A stretch of DNA of 64,000 nt from Leucoraja erinacea. Its lineage: Eukaryota. The first letter of the stretch is position 1, and every line of letters begins with the position of its first letter. The notes beneath the pieces were generated by a model. It was not told the origin of the DNA. It did not search any database and saw nothing but the letters and a program-made list of their open reading frames with translations. The stretch spans positions 45,756,001 to 45,820,000 of the forward strand of contig NC_073385.1 in NCBI RefSeq assembly GCF_028641065.1. The letters are read 5' to 3'. The translations under genes and the position numbers were made by a program. Positions 39,000-50,634 of the stretch are shown in pieces.

Positions 39000-39840
39000 C
39001 CTTTCCAATTTAATTACATCCTTTCGATAGCAAGGCGGCCAGAACTGTATACAATACTCCAAATGTGGCTTCCCGACATCCTAATTCCTGTACTCAAAAC
39101 CCTGACCGATGAAGGCAAGCATGCAGAATGCCTCCTTCACCACCCTGTTTACTTGTGTTGCCATCTTCATAGAAATAGGTCTCTCTAATCCACAATAATC
39201 CTCTACAATTTACTGTATAAGTTCTTTCCTGGTTTGATCTACCAAGCTGCAACACCTTGCATTTACTTGATTTAATTCCATCTACCAATCGTTGGTCCAT
39301 AGGCTCTGTTGTTCAAGATCCATTATAATCCTAGATAACCTTCACTGTCTACGACAACATCAATTTTAATGGCATCTGTAAATTTACTGACCATGTCATG
39401 GACATTCACATCCAACTTGTTAATATCAAACAACAGTGCAACCAGCACTGCACCTTGGGTACACCAATTGTTACAAGCTTACAGTCTGAAAAAAAAACCT
39501 GTCCACCAACGTCCTACCTTTGAGCCATTCAAGTTAATGAGGCATGATTTCCCATGCCCAATATCCTTAATTAATCTTGTCCTTCAAAATGCATGTAGAT
39601 ATTATCTCTCAGAATCCCCGCTAATGACTTATGCTAATGACAATGACGTAAGGCTCATTGGTCTGTAGTTCCCAGGCTTTTCCTTGCAGCCTTTCTTAAA
39701 TAGAGACACAGCATTAACTCTTTTGGCACCTCACCATTGGCTATGGATGGTACAAATATCTCTGCCAGTGGGTCTGCAATTTCTGACCGAGCTTTCTACA
39801 TTGTCCTAGGATACACTTGATCAGCTCCAGGGGAGTTATT
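39000..39840 (-). mobile_element. Old CR1 RT fragment
   Basis: KCKVLQLGRSN, KFTDAIKI (FADD-like), NYRPMSLTS-like sequence. Confidence 0.65.
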
Positions 39841-41344
39841 GAATTGGCGTTCCCTGTGGATGATGTCTTTTAACGTGGGATAGCAAGCAATTGCATAACA
39901 ATCGCTGTACAGACTTGACAGAGCTGGGTCCTGATCCAATAGCAGGGGAGTACAAGGTTACTGAAGATCAAACTCTGCTACAGAGCTAGATGTTGTGTGG
40001 GTAGCATTTGATTAATGCATTCTATCTGATAGTTTCCTTCTGCTTGCCCAATTTCCAGTTAGGATTATAAACATTAATGGAATGTATATTCTAGAAAGAA
40101 AGGACCTAATTGTTAAATATCATTAACATAAGGGAATGGGGAAAGCGCACCAGTGAAAGACTAGAATGTCGAGAGAAATGTACGGCTAGGTATGAATGCA
40201 TATATTAAATTAAAATGGAGGCTGGGATTCTTTATGAAGTGTTGTGTCAAAAATGAACCTTTCCAGGTTGGTACAGAATGCCATAATAATAGAATGGTAT
40301 TAGCACAGAAGGAGGTCATTTTGTCCTAGTCTATCCTAGCTGACTCATAAAACAATGTAGTTAGTCTACTCCCCTGCCGTTCCCCATGGCGCTCTAATGC
40401 ATTTCTTTTGCATAGTTCTTTTTCAAAAGCCACAATTTAATCCATCTCTAACCTTGCAGAGCCATTTTATATGTTAGCCACTCACCTCAATTGTTTGGTA
40501 AGTAGTTTCCTAGTGCAGCTGTTAGTTATTTACCCAGCCAATTTAAATCTGTGTTTCTCTATCCTTTTACTAATGGGATTTTTTTTTCGATCTACTGTAA
40601 TTAAAACCCTGATGATTATCAATTGGGAAAAATTCCTGCTCGTGGAGAACAGCCCCTGTTTTCGTCTTTTCCTCATCCCTGGTGAACATTTTCTACACCC
40701 TTTTCAAGGTCTTCACATCCTTCTAAAAGTACATTGTCCAGAATTAGAAACCGTACTCTAGTTGTGGCTGAGCCAGTGCTTTATAAAGATGGCTCATGAT
40801 TTCTGTTTTTATACACAGAACTTCTGTGAAGCCCAGGATTACATATGTTTTTTTTAACCACATCAAACTACTCAAACACATTTGAAAGATTGTAATATAC
40901 ACAACATCTCTCTGTTCCTGTGGAACAATTCCCTTTCGAGTTCTTTATATTATACTGTTCTCTCCCTGTTTGTCCCATTAAATGTCCTCTTTTTGCATTG
41001 TTCATTTGCCTTATGTGGTCATTCCACAAGATTATCTGTTGTCTGGAAGTGTATTACAATTTTTACTAAACTGCATTGTTTACTATACTTCCAAATTTAG
41101 TGTTGACTGAATGTTTTGAATTAGTTTCCTGTATATACACATCCATGTCATTAATAAATATCAGCGGAAGCCAAGGTCCCCGCAAAGTATTCTGGAGAAG
41201 CTGCTTTATATGTTCCAAATCGAACATACACAACTACTTTTGTAACTTGGACATTTTCTCATCCATGCTGCCACTATGACTATTAATGCATGAACTTTAT
41301 CCCTATTGAAAAGCCTATTATATGACATTTTATCAAATGTCATC

Positions 41345-41635
41345 CTGTCAGGTCGGGGGGAGTTCCCCCCCCCCCGCCACGGGTACCATGTAATCCTGTG
41401 CTACCTGCTCCATGGTCGTATAGTCGGCGATTAAACCGTCACCCCCACCTGGTTTGTCAAGTGAGGAGGGGGCTGTGGACCTCCAGCAGGATCAAAAACA
41501 AGACCTGTCAAAGGGCGGATGAACTCCGAGAGAGCCAACAGCCATCCACACTTCAGTTGAAGTTACGATCACTGTCGTACATAGCATTGTAAGGCACTGT
41601 GCCCGATGATGTTTTCAACGATGATGATGATGATT
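41345..41635 (+). mobile_element. Short retroposon with (GAT)n tail, possibly RTE-related, inserted in an old CR1
   Basis: GC-richer ~290-bp block ending gatgatgatgatgat; flanks look like an interrupted CR1 fragment. Confidence 0.45.
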
Positions 41636-41974
41636 GAAGGTCCAAATCCCCTCACCAGCTCTCTGTAACTTCATCAAGATCTTCCATCACATTCAAATTA
41701 AACACAATTTCATCTGTAAAGTACTCATTGAGACAGGCTGAATGAAAGCTTATTTATTTCAGCTGATTAATTTGGAAAAGTAAATAATGTGAGATATGTG
41801 AGAATGTTCTTGATTTTTGTGTTGCCATCTATCTTCTTTTTACATCTCCCCAGACAGACCAGTTGCAATTAACAAACTTTTATCATTCTCTCTTAACTGG
41901 CACTGCCACAATCTTGTCTTTCTTGGTCTGCAACCTGCCAAAGACATTCAGATGTGGATGTGCAGGAAACTAAC

Positions 41975-42075
41975 TAGTCTGAAGAAGGGTCTCGACCCAA
42001 AATGGCACCCATTCCTTCTCTCCAGAGATGCTGCCTGGCCCACTGAGTTACTCCAGCTTTTTGTGTCAATCTTCA
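41975..42075 (+). mobile_element. Penelope tail
   Basis: agtctgaagaagggtctcgaccc...gagttactccagc. Confidence 0.75.
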
Positions 42076-42237
42076 TCTTAAGGACATTCACTTGTTCTCT
42101 CCATTCCTTAAAATATGTTTGTCCTCTAACCTTTCCTGGTTCCAAAGTAAGGTCATCAACCTGAAACATCAATTCTGTTTTTCTCACCAGAGATGCTGCC
42201 TGACTTGAGTATTTCCAAAATTGCTTGTTTTAAAAGG

Positions 42238-42505
42238 AGGCACAGTGCACAGTTGCAACCTTAGAGAGACCCGGGTTTGATCCTGACTACAGGTGCTGTC
42301 TGTATAGAATTTGTATGTTCTCAATGTGACCTGGGTTTCCTCTGGATGGTCCGGTTTCGTCCCACATTCCAAACACATGTAGGTTTGTAGGTTAAGTTGC
42401 TTCAGTAAATTGTCCCTTGTGTATAGAGCGGAACTAGTGTACCAGTAGTAGTTGGTTGGCACAGACTGGGTGGACTGAAGGGCCTGTTCATGCTGTATTA
42501 CTAAA
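42238..42505 (+). mobile_element. HE1/V-SINE
   Basis: ggcacagtg...agagacccgggtttgatcctgactacaggtgctgtctg...gaagggcctgtt. Confidence 0.75.
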
Positions 42506-42699
42506 CAAATTTCAGATTTCCAGCATCAGCAAGTGGTTTTTTGCTAGTTTCCATTAATTCAAAAACATTTCCAAGTGACATTTAAATTGAGATTGGATTA
42601 TTGATTTTGCTTCACTAACTGACTGATAGTTGCTTGGCATATCGTTTCTTTTTGAGCTCTTTGCTGCATCTCGTGCTCCTCATCCACTGGTACCATCCC

Positions 42700-42995
42700 T
42701 CAGATAGTTCAGTTCCCTGATAACAGCAGGGACAACCTGTTCCTGAGGTATGTGTTTTCACATTTCTCTACCTCTTGCCTGGTGGGAGAGGGGAGAAGAG
42801 GGAATGACCGGGGTGAGACATCCTTAATTTTGCTGGTGGCTTTGCTGAGGCAGCGTGAAATGTATAGTCTATGGAAGGAAGGTTGGTTTGTATGATGGTC
42901 TGGCTGTGTCCCCAACTCTTTGTAATTTCTTGCGGTCTCGAATGGAGCTGTTCCCAAACCATGATGTGATGCATCCTGATAAAATGCTTTCTTGT
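42700..42995 (-). mobile_element. Rex1/Babar-type LINE 3' fragment
   Basis: ESILSGCITSWFGN...RKKLQRV...HPGHSLFSPLPPGKR. Confidence 0.75.
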
Positions 42996-43269
42996 GGGCT
43001 AATAAGTACGTTTGCAGACAACACAAAAATTATTGAGTTGTGGATAGAGAGGAAGATTGTCAAAGGCTTCAACAAGATACAGATCAGCTGAAAATATGTG
43101 ATGTAGACCATGTTCAGGCCAACGCCATTCGTTTAAATTGGCATTGTGGTCAACATAGATATCATGGGCTGAAGGGCCTGTTCCTATGCTGTGCTGTTGT
43201 GAAAGGACCAACAATTGTCTGTAATATGAATAATTAAATCTTCCCACAGCTTTTCCAGACATCACTGCA

Positions 43270-45180
43270 AATGAACAATGTGAATAAGTTTATTGGCCAA
43301 GTATTCACATACAAGAAATTTGCCTTGGTGCTCCGCTCACAAGTGACAACGTGACATACATTAACAGTTAAGAATAATACATAAAACATTAAACATTAAT
43401 AATAAAACATTATTGATTAAGCATGTGAATTAAATGAAATACCAGAGCAAAAGGAGGCTATAGATTTTTGGTTATTGAGTACAGCTACTACGCATGTGGA
43501 AAAAAGCTGTTTTTATGTCTGGCTGTGGCAGCTTTGACAGTCCGGAGTCGCCTTCCAGAGGGAAGTGATTCAAAGAGTTTGTGGCCAGGGTGAGAGGGGT
43601 CAGAGATGATCTTACCCACCCGCTTCCTGGCCCTTGCAGTGTACAGTTTGTCAATGGAGGGAAGGTTGCAGCCAATAACCTTCTCAGGTGATCGGACGAT
43701 TGGCTGCAGCCTCCGGGTGTCGTGCCCGGTGGCTGAGCCAAATCAGACCATGATAGAGAAGGTGAGAACAGACTTTACGATGGCCGTATAGAATTGGACC
43801 TTCATTGCCTGTGGTAAATTGTGCTTCCCCGCACCGGGCGATCGAACCTCGCGTTGAGGCTGGTCGAACATTCCGCGACGTTGGAGCTCCCTGCTCTGCC
43901 TCACCCGAGACTGTAAGCCCTTGGTGTTTGTGGTCGCTGTGGGAGCGATCCCAGGCAAGGGATCAGCTCCGATGTTAAGTCCACGCCCCCCGGGGTGCGG
44001 CTCACAACAGTCCGAGGAGGCTTCCAGCTCCATCGATGGTAGGCTGCAGAGCCTGGAGAATTTGATAACTAAAAAATAACATAGAGTGAACAGATGAGCA
44101 GACTTCCGTCAGGGCTGCCACTGCCCCGGCGCCCCTGGTGGTCATCATTGGACCATAATTGCCTGTGGCAGATTGTGCTTCCTCAGCTGCTGCAGGAAGT
44201 ACATCCTATGTTGTGTCTTTTTGACTGTGAAGTCGATGGTGGCCCCCCCATTTCAGGTCCTTGGAGATGATGGTTCCCCGGAACTTAAAAGACTCCACAC
44301 ATGTGACTGTGGTGTTGTTTATGGTGAGTGGGGTAAGGGGAGGGGGAGCTCTCCTAAAGTCATCAATCAATTCCACTGTCTTAAGAGCATTGAGCTCCAG
44401 GTTGTTGCGATGGCACCAGGAATCCAGCTGTGTCACTTCCTGTCTGTAGGCAGATTCCTCCCCATCCTGGATAAGTCCAATCGGGGTTGTGTCATCCGCA
44501 AACTTGAGAAGCTTGGCAGAGGAGTCAGTGGAGGTGAGGTCATTGGTGTAGAGAGAGGAGTGTACGCAGCCTTGCTCCTATGCTGAGGGTCTGTGGGTCT
44601 GAGATGTTCTTCCCAGCCTCACATGCTGCTTTCTGTCTGTCAGGAAGCTGGTGATCCACCGACAGAGGGGTTCAGGCACAGTCAACTCAGAAAGTTTGGA
44701 GTGTAGTAGCTCCGGCACAATGGCTTTGAATGCAGAGCTAAAATCAACAAACAAAATCCTTGCATAGGTCCCCTGGCGGTCTGTGTGCTGGAGCATGAAG
44801 TGCAGGCCCAGGTTGACTGCGTCATCCATAGATCTATTGGCCCGATATGCAAACCAGCAAGGGATTTGTGATATTTGTCAGCTTGGCCACCATAAGCCTT
44901 TAAAGGATCGTCATGACCACAGAGGTCAGTGGGACAGGCCTGTTGTCATTAAGACCAGTAATCCTTGCCTTTTTGGTTACAGGGACAATAGTGGAGACTT
45001 TGAAGCAGAGAGGGACAGCACAGGTTTGCAGGGATTGGTTGAAAATATCTGTGAAAGCCAGTGCCAGGTGTTCGGCACAGAGCTTAAGAGTTGAGAGGGA
45101 AACATTGTCCGGTCCTGGAGATTTCTGGCTTTTCTATCTTCTGAAAAGCCTCTCCACCTCCTCTTTTTATTGTTGATGAT
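43270..45180 (-). mobile_element. Rex1/Babar-type LINE, frameshifted and interrupted at ~43825-44145
   Basis: DAVNLGLHF...YARILFVDFSSAF, LELNALKTVELI.DFR, VESFKF.G, FYTAIVKSVLTFSIMV; 3' tail near 43280. Confidence 0.85.
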
Positions 45181-46229
45181 GGAGTAGTAATGTTGTGCAG
45201 CGCGGAGGGTGTGGGTAATTGGGTGTGAAGTGGTGATTGGAGAGGGGTGGTTGGGAAAGAGTCCAGTCTTTTCAGACTGGAGTCTTGCTTTAAGTGAATT
45301 GCATGATTGAATGTTATGGTTTTGTCAATAAACCTTGGTACAACATTGAAATAGCAATGTAATTATTATGCTCTAGTACTTGATTTACTGAAAATGCTAA
45401 AAGCACATAAATTCGTGATGTGACCTTCACATGCTTGGATTGACTTTTGGCCAGAGAGCTGGTAAGGGAAATTCGGCTTTTAGACAGTGCTTGAAAGATG
45501 ATTACCCTTGCCTTTTGGTGTGATTGATTTGGCATTGGTTTCCTGGTTCTTGCTGTAATTTGAAACAATTCATTTAAATGTACATGGTTTAATTGTGGTA
45601 TTGCTCACTCTTTGAGCACAGCAAAGTACATTAGAAGAAACGAGTTACCTACAAAATAAAATACCTGGTTATTTATTGGTTAGTGTCATTAGTAGCATCG
45701 AGTGCTTGATTTTATCCTTGCTGAACAAATACAGATGGTGGATCACTTGTAAACACCAGTAATATTTAAAGTACACTTTCAGGAAAAGATAAATTAAGAT
45801 GAAATTAGAAAAAAAGAAATATTTATATTTGCAAGATGCCTTCCATTTCATTCCAAAGTATGTTAAGACAAAAAGATACATTTTAATATGTAGTCGTTGT
45901 GATCATGTTTGAACTGAAGAACTAAATTTGTGCAAAGGTTCTAACAGTTGTAAGATGATGACCAAGTCATTTCTTTTGAATGCTGTTGGTTCAGGGACAA
46001 ATGGCATGCAGAAGTCTTCTCAGTAATATTGGTAGTGCGGCAGGGATTGCGGAAGAAGATCAATGTTCATGAAATGTAATTCTAAACATTTCTGCCTTCC
46101 TCGTTCCATGCATTTGAGGGCTTCATTTAATTTTAGCAATTCTATCTCCAGACATTTTACCTTACTGTCGGTTTGCTTTTGTAAATGAAAGTTGAATATT
46201 AAGTCACTTGCCAAGTAAAACAGCTTTTC

Positions 46230-46380
46230 ACAATTGAATTGATTACTTCACCCATACCAGCACTCCAGAAAGCCCCCCCACTGGCCACCAATATTGGAAT
46301 TGGTGGAGAGGTGGAATATTGCGTCGGGGGACCAGCCCTCACGTGTGAACATGGGACCCAACGGGTCCCACATAGTCTAG
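46230..46380 (+). mobile_element. Helitron 3' end
   Basis: gggacccaacgggtccc-acatagt-CTAG|t. Confidence 0.65.
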
Positions 46381-46501
46381 TATATATATATTTAACTGTT
46401 CCATATTCTGTGTTTGCACTTCTGGGTGAGATGCTAACTGCATTTCATTGCCTCTGTACTTGTAGACTGCACAATGACAATAAAGTTTGAATCTGAATCT
46501 G

Positions 46502-47399
46502 AAAAACCAAGCCATGAAGACAAAGGAAATGTCCGTAGACCTCCGAAACAGGATTGTGTCGAGACAGATCTTGTGAAGGGTATAAAACAATTTCTGCAGC
46601 ATTACAGGTCTCGAAGAGCACAGTGGCCTCCGTTGAACTTTTTGGCCTGAATGCCAAGCGTCGCGTCTGGAGGAAACCAGGCACTGCTCATCACCTGACC
46701 AATACCATATCTACGGTGAAGCATGGTGGTGGTAGCATCATGCTGTAGGGATGTTTTTCAGCGACAGGAACTGGGAGACTAGTCAGGATCGAGGGAAAGA
46801 TGAACGGAGCAAAGTACAGAGAGATCCTTGGTGAAAATCTGCTCCAGAGCGTCTGGACCTCAGACTGGGGTGGAGGTTCACCTTCCAACAGGACACTGAT
46901 CCTAAGCACACAGCCAAGACAATGCAAGAGTGGCTTCGTGACAAGTCTGTGAATGTCCTGTAGTGGCCCAGCCAGAGCCCGGACTTGAACCCGATCAAAC
47001 ACCTCTGGAGGGACCTGAAAATAGCTGTGCATTGATGCTCCCCATCCAACCTGACAGAGCTTGAGAGGATCTGCAGAGAAGAATGGGAGAAATTACCAAA
47101 ATACAGATGTGCCAAGCTTGTGGCGTCAAACACAAGAAGACTTGAGGCTGTAATCGCTGCCAAATGTGCCTCAACAAAGTACTGAGTAAATGGTCTGAAT
47201 ACTTATGTAAATGTGATATTTCAGTTATTTCTTCTTAATTACTTTGCAAAAATTCCTAAACACCGGTTTTCACTTTTTTATTATGGGGTATTGTGTGTAG
47301 ATTGATGAGAAAAAAAATGAATTTAATCCATTTTAGATAAGGCTGTAACGTAACAAAATGTGGAATGTGAAGGAGGCTGAATACTTTCTGAATGCACTA
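46502..47399 (+). mobile_element. Tc1-family transposon relic (deleted, stop-containing transposase + right TIR)
   Basis: ATG at 46514 (MKTKEMSVDLRNRIV), [34 protein letters not shown]; ends gaatactttctgaatgcacta-ta. Confidence 0.9.
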
Positions 47400-47454
47400 T
47401 ATGAGATTTAGAAATATTATTTCTTATCCTTTTTCAGTTATATATGAATACCAC

Positions 47455-48270
47455 TTATCCAAATCTGGGGAAGGACATTATTGCCATAGAGGGAGTGCAG
47501 AGGGTTCACCAGACTGATTCCTGGGATGTCAGGACTGTCTTATGAAGAAAGACTGGATAGACTTGGTTTAGACTAAGGGCGACAGATAGCACAATGGGCT
47601 AAGAGTTCGGCTGGCGACCGGAAGGTAGCCGGTTCAAATCCCGCTTGGAGTGCATACTGTCGTTGTGTCCTTGGGCAAGACACTTCACCCACCTTTGCCT
47701 GTAATGGAATGTAATTACGGCGGCAGGCGCGGGCACACCGCGACGCCCTGTGTCTCCCTTTCAAGGGAGATGCTAAAAATGCATTTCGTTGTCTCTGTAC
47801 TGTACACTGACAATGACAATAATTGAATCATTTCATTTCATTTTATCATTTATACTCTCTAGAATTTAGGAGATTGAGAGGGGATCTTATAGAAACTTAC
47901 AAAATTCTTAAGGGGTTGGACAGGCTAGATGCAGGAAGATTGCTCCCGATGTGGGGGAAGTCCAGGACAAGGGGTCACAGCTTAAGGATAAGGGGGAAAT
48001 CCTTTAAAACCGAGATGAGAAGAACTTTTTTCACACAGAGAGTGGTGAATCTCTGGAACTCTCTGCCGCAGAAGGTAGTCGAGGCCAGTTCATTGGCTAT
48101 ATTTAAGAGGGAGTTAGATGTGGCCCTTGTGGCTAAGGGGATCAGAGGGTATGGAGAGAAGGCAGATATGGGATGCTGAGTTTGGATGATCAGCCATGAT
48201 CATATTGAATGGCGGTGCAGGCTCGAAGGGCCGAATGGCCTACTCCTGCACCTAATTTCTATGTTTCTAT
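47455..48270 (+). mobile_element. CR1 3' fragment interrupted by a SINE
   Basis: KDIIAIEGVQR...LYSLEFRRLRGDLIETYKI...FFTQRVVNLWNSLP; tail cctactcctgcacctaatttctatg. Confidence 0.92.
47574..47850 (+). mobile_element. tRNA-derived CORE-type SINE
   Basis: A/B boxes (tagcacaatgg, ggttcaaatcc), core tgtgtccttgggcaagacacttcacc, tail also seen inverted at 62270-62332; imperfect TSD ttta(g/t)act. Confidence 0.75.
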
Positions 48271-48764
48271 CTAAATTGGACAGATATCAGAGCTAGGTTT
48301 ACATAACTATCTAACATAAGATAGACACATAGATAACATCATCAAGTAGATAGGGTGGTGAAGAAGGCTTTTGGCGCAATGGCCTTGATCAGGCAGAGAA
48401 TTGCACATAAAAGTTGGGAAATTATTTGCAGTTGTAAACAAAGTTTGATGAGACCGCATTTGGAGTACTGTTTTACATTTGGTCACCTTGCTACAGGAAA
48501 GATGTCATTAAACTGAAAATAAAATGTAATTCGGTAGGGATAGCTAATGTTTCATTTTCCCGACCCAAACGTCGAGTATCTATGACCTCCAGACATGCTG
48601 CCTGAGTCGCAGTTATTCCAGCACTTTGTGTTTTGCTCAAGAATGCAGAGAAGATTTGCGAGTATGTTGTCATGACACGAGGGCCTGAACTAATGGGGGT
48701 GGTTGGGTAGGATAGGACTTTATTCCTTGTAGTGCAGGAGACTGAGACGTGATCTTATAGACAC

Positions 48765-49762
48765 TATTCCCCTGTTCCATTATAAATGAGGCCTTCAGTG
48801 GGGTCTCCTTGATATCCCGCAGCTCCGCTCTTGCTTCCCCTCCCCTATTCGTAACAAGGACATAGTCCCCCTTGTCCTCACCTTCCACCCCATCAGCTGT
48901 CGCATACTGCACATAATCCTCCCAACATCTTCGCCACCTCCAACGGGATCTTACTACTGGCCACATCCTCACATCTCCACCCCTTTCCGCAGGGACCGTT
49001 TGCTCTGCAACTCCCTGGTCAACTCGTCCCCCAAACCTCCCCCTCCTCAGGTGCTTTCCCCTGCAACTGCAGGAGATGCAACACCTGTCCCTATACCTCC
49101 CCCCTCCACTCTGTCCAAGGACCTTAGCAGTATTTTCAGGTGAGACAGAGGTTCACTTGCACCTCCTCCAACCTTATCCACTGTTCCAGGTGTGGACTCC
49201 TGTATATCGACAAAACCAAGCACAGGCTCGGAGATTGTTTCGCTCAGAACACCTCCGCTCAGTCCGCCTAAATCTATCTGATCTCCCAGTTGCTAAACAT
49301 TTGAATTCCCCCTCTCATTCTGACCATTTTGTCCTGGGCCTCCTCCATTGTCAGAGTGAAGCCAAGTGCAAATTGGAGGAACAGCACCTCATATTTGGCT
49401 TGGGCAGCTTACACCCCAGTGGTATGAACATTACTTCTCTAATTTCAAGTAACCCTTGCTTTCCCTCGCTCTACTCCATCCCCTCCCTCTTCCCAGTTCT
49501 CTGACCAGTCTTACTGTCTCTGTTTGCTTTGCAGTTACCTTCTCCCAACTAACAATCTTTTCTACATTTTCCTTGATCCTCATTCCCTTCGTCCTGTTTT
49601 CACACATTACGCTTCCTTATCTATACATGTCCTTATCTATGTACCTTCCACTCCCCTGACATCAGTCTGAAGAAGAGTCTCGACCCGAAACATCACCCAT
49701 TCCTTCTCTCCCGAGAAGCTGCCTGCCCCGCTGAGTTACACCAGCATTTTGTGTCTATCTTT
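48765..49762 (+). mobile_element. Penelope-like 3' kb (GIY-YIG + tail) inserted in a CR1 fragment (48350-50100)
   Basis: EHLRSVRLNLSDLPVAKHLNSPSH...KLEEQHLIFGLGSLHPSGMN; CR1 sequence continues on both sides. Confidence 0.88.
49664..49698 (+). ncRNA. Minimal type I hammerhead ribozyme motif (degenerate) in a Penelope tail
   Basis: CTGAAGA-a-gagtc-tc-gaccc-GAAA-ca-TC; hammerheads are an established feature of Penelope-like elements. Confidence 0.6.
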
Positions 49763-50459
49763 GAATGTACAGTCTTTTTCCCAGAATAGGGGAATCAACA
49801 ACTTAAGGGCATGGGTTTAAGGTAAAAGAGGAAACATTTAAAAGGGTATTGAGGAGCAATTTTTTCACACAAGGTGGCGAGTGTATGGAATGAGCTCCCG
49901 AGGAACTGGTTGAGGCAGGTACAAAGAACATTTGTTCAGGTGCCTGGACAGGAATGGATTAGAGGGATAACCATATAACCATATAACAATTACAGCACGG
50001 AAACAGGCCATCTTGGGATGTGTCTCAAATGTGGGCAAATGGGACTGTGTATCTTGGTCGCCATGGTGAGTTGGGCTGAAGGGTTTGATCCCGTGCTGTC
50101 TGATTGAGCGCTGACTATTGGAATCTATTTGGACATCCCAGCATCTCCATCTTAATTTAAATATGTAATTAATAATTACTGGAAATTAGATCTTAGTTTT
50201 TCCCTGAGCAACATGGTAATCCCCCATTCTGCCAATATCCTGGTTTCAGTCATGTTTCTCTAAGGAAGTCCTGTTTGGATGCTTAAGAGTAATTGTTCTC
50301 CTTCCCTGACACGGTGCAAAACTGTATTCTGTATTTATGGAGATTTTAGTGCAAATAACTTTGATTGTAAAAATTGTACAATCTGGGAAGAAAATGTAGA
50401 TGGGGATAGGAAAATGGATTTGCTGAGATTAACCTAATATATGTTCTTTTTCTTTGCAG

Positions 50460-50634
50460 CGATAGTTACTTTGCACGCGTGCGAGCAGTGGTGATGACCC
50501 GTGATGACTCGAGTGGAGGTTGGGTGCCACTGGGAGGGGGCGGCCTCAGCTGTGTCACTGTTTTTAAAGTTCATCTGGATGACTGTGCTTGTGATGATTT
50601 TCTTATCCGTGGGGAAAGGCTCCGGGACAAAGCG
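50460..50634 (+). CDS. SPRED1: SPRED1 coding exon 2, EVH1/WH1 domain N-terminal part
   Basis: Polypyrimidine tract + ttgcag|C GAT AGT... AAA GCG|gtagga, 175 nt. Translation [58 protein letters not shown]. From recalled family sequences, PLGG.GLS.VTVFKV and IRGERLRDK fit SPRED1 better than SPRED2 or SPRED3. Confidence 0.93.

Noticed and set aside
44126-44144. CTCF motif (ccaccaggggcgcc on the minus strand)
   Set aside because: One G short of the core spacing, which misaligns the 3' half of the motif.
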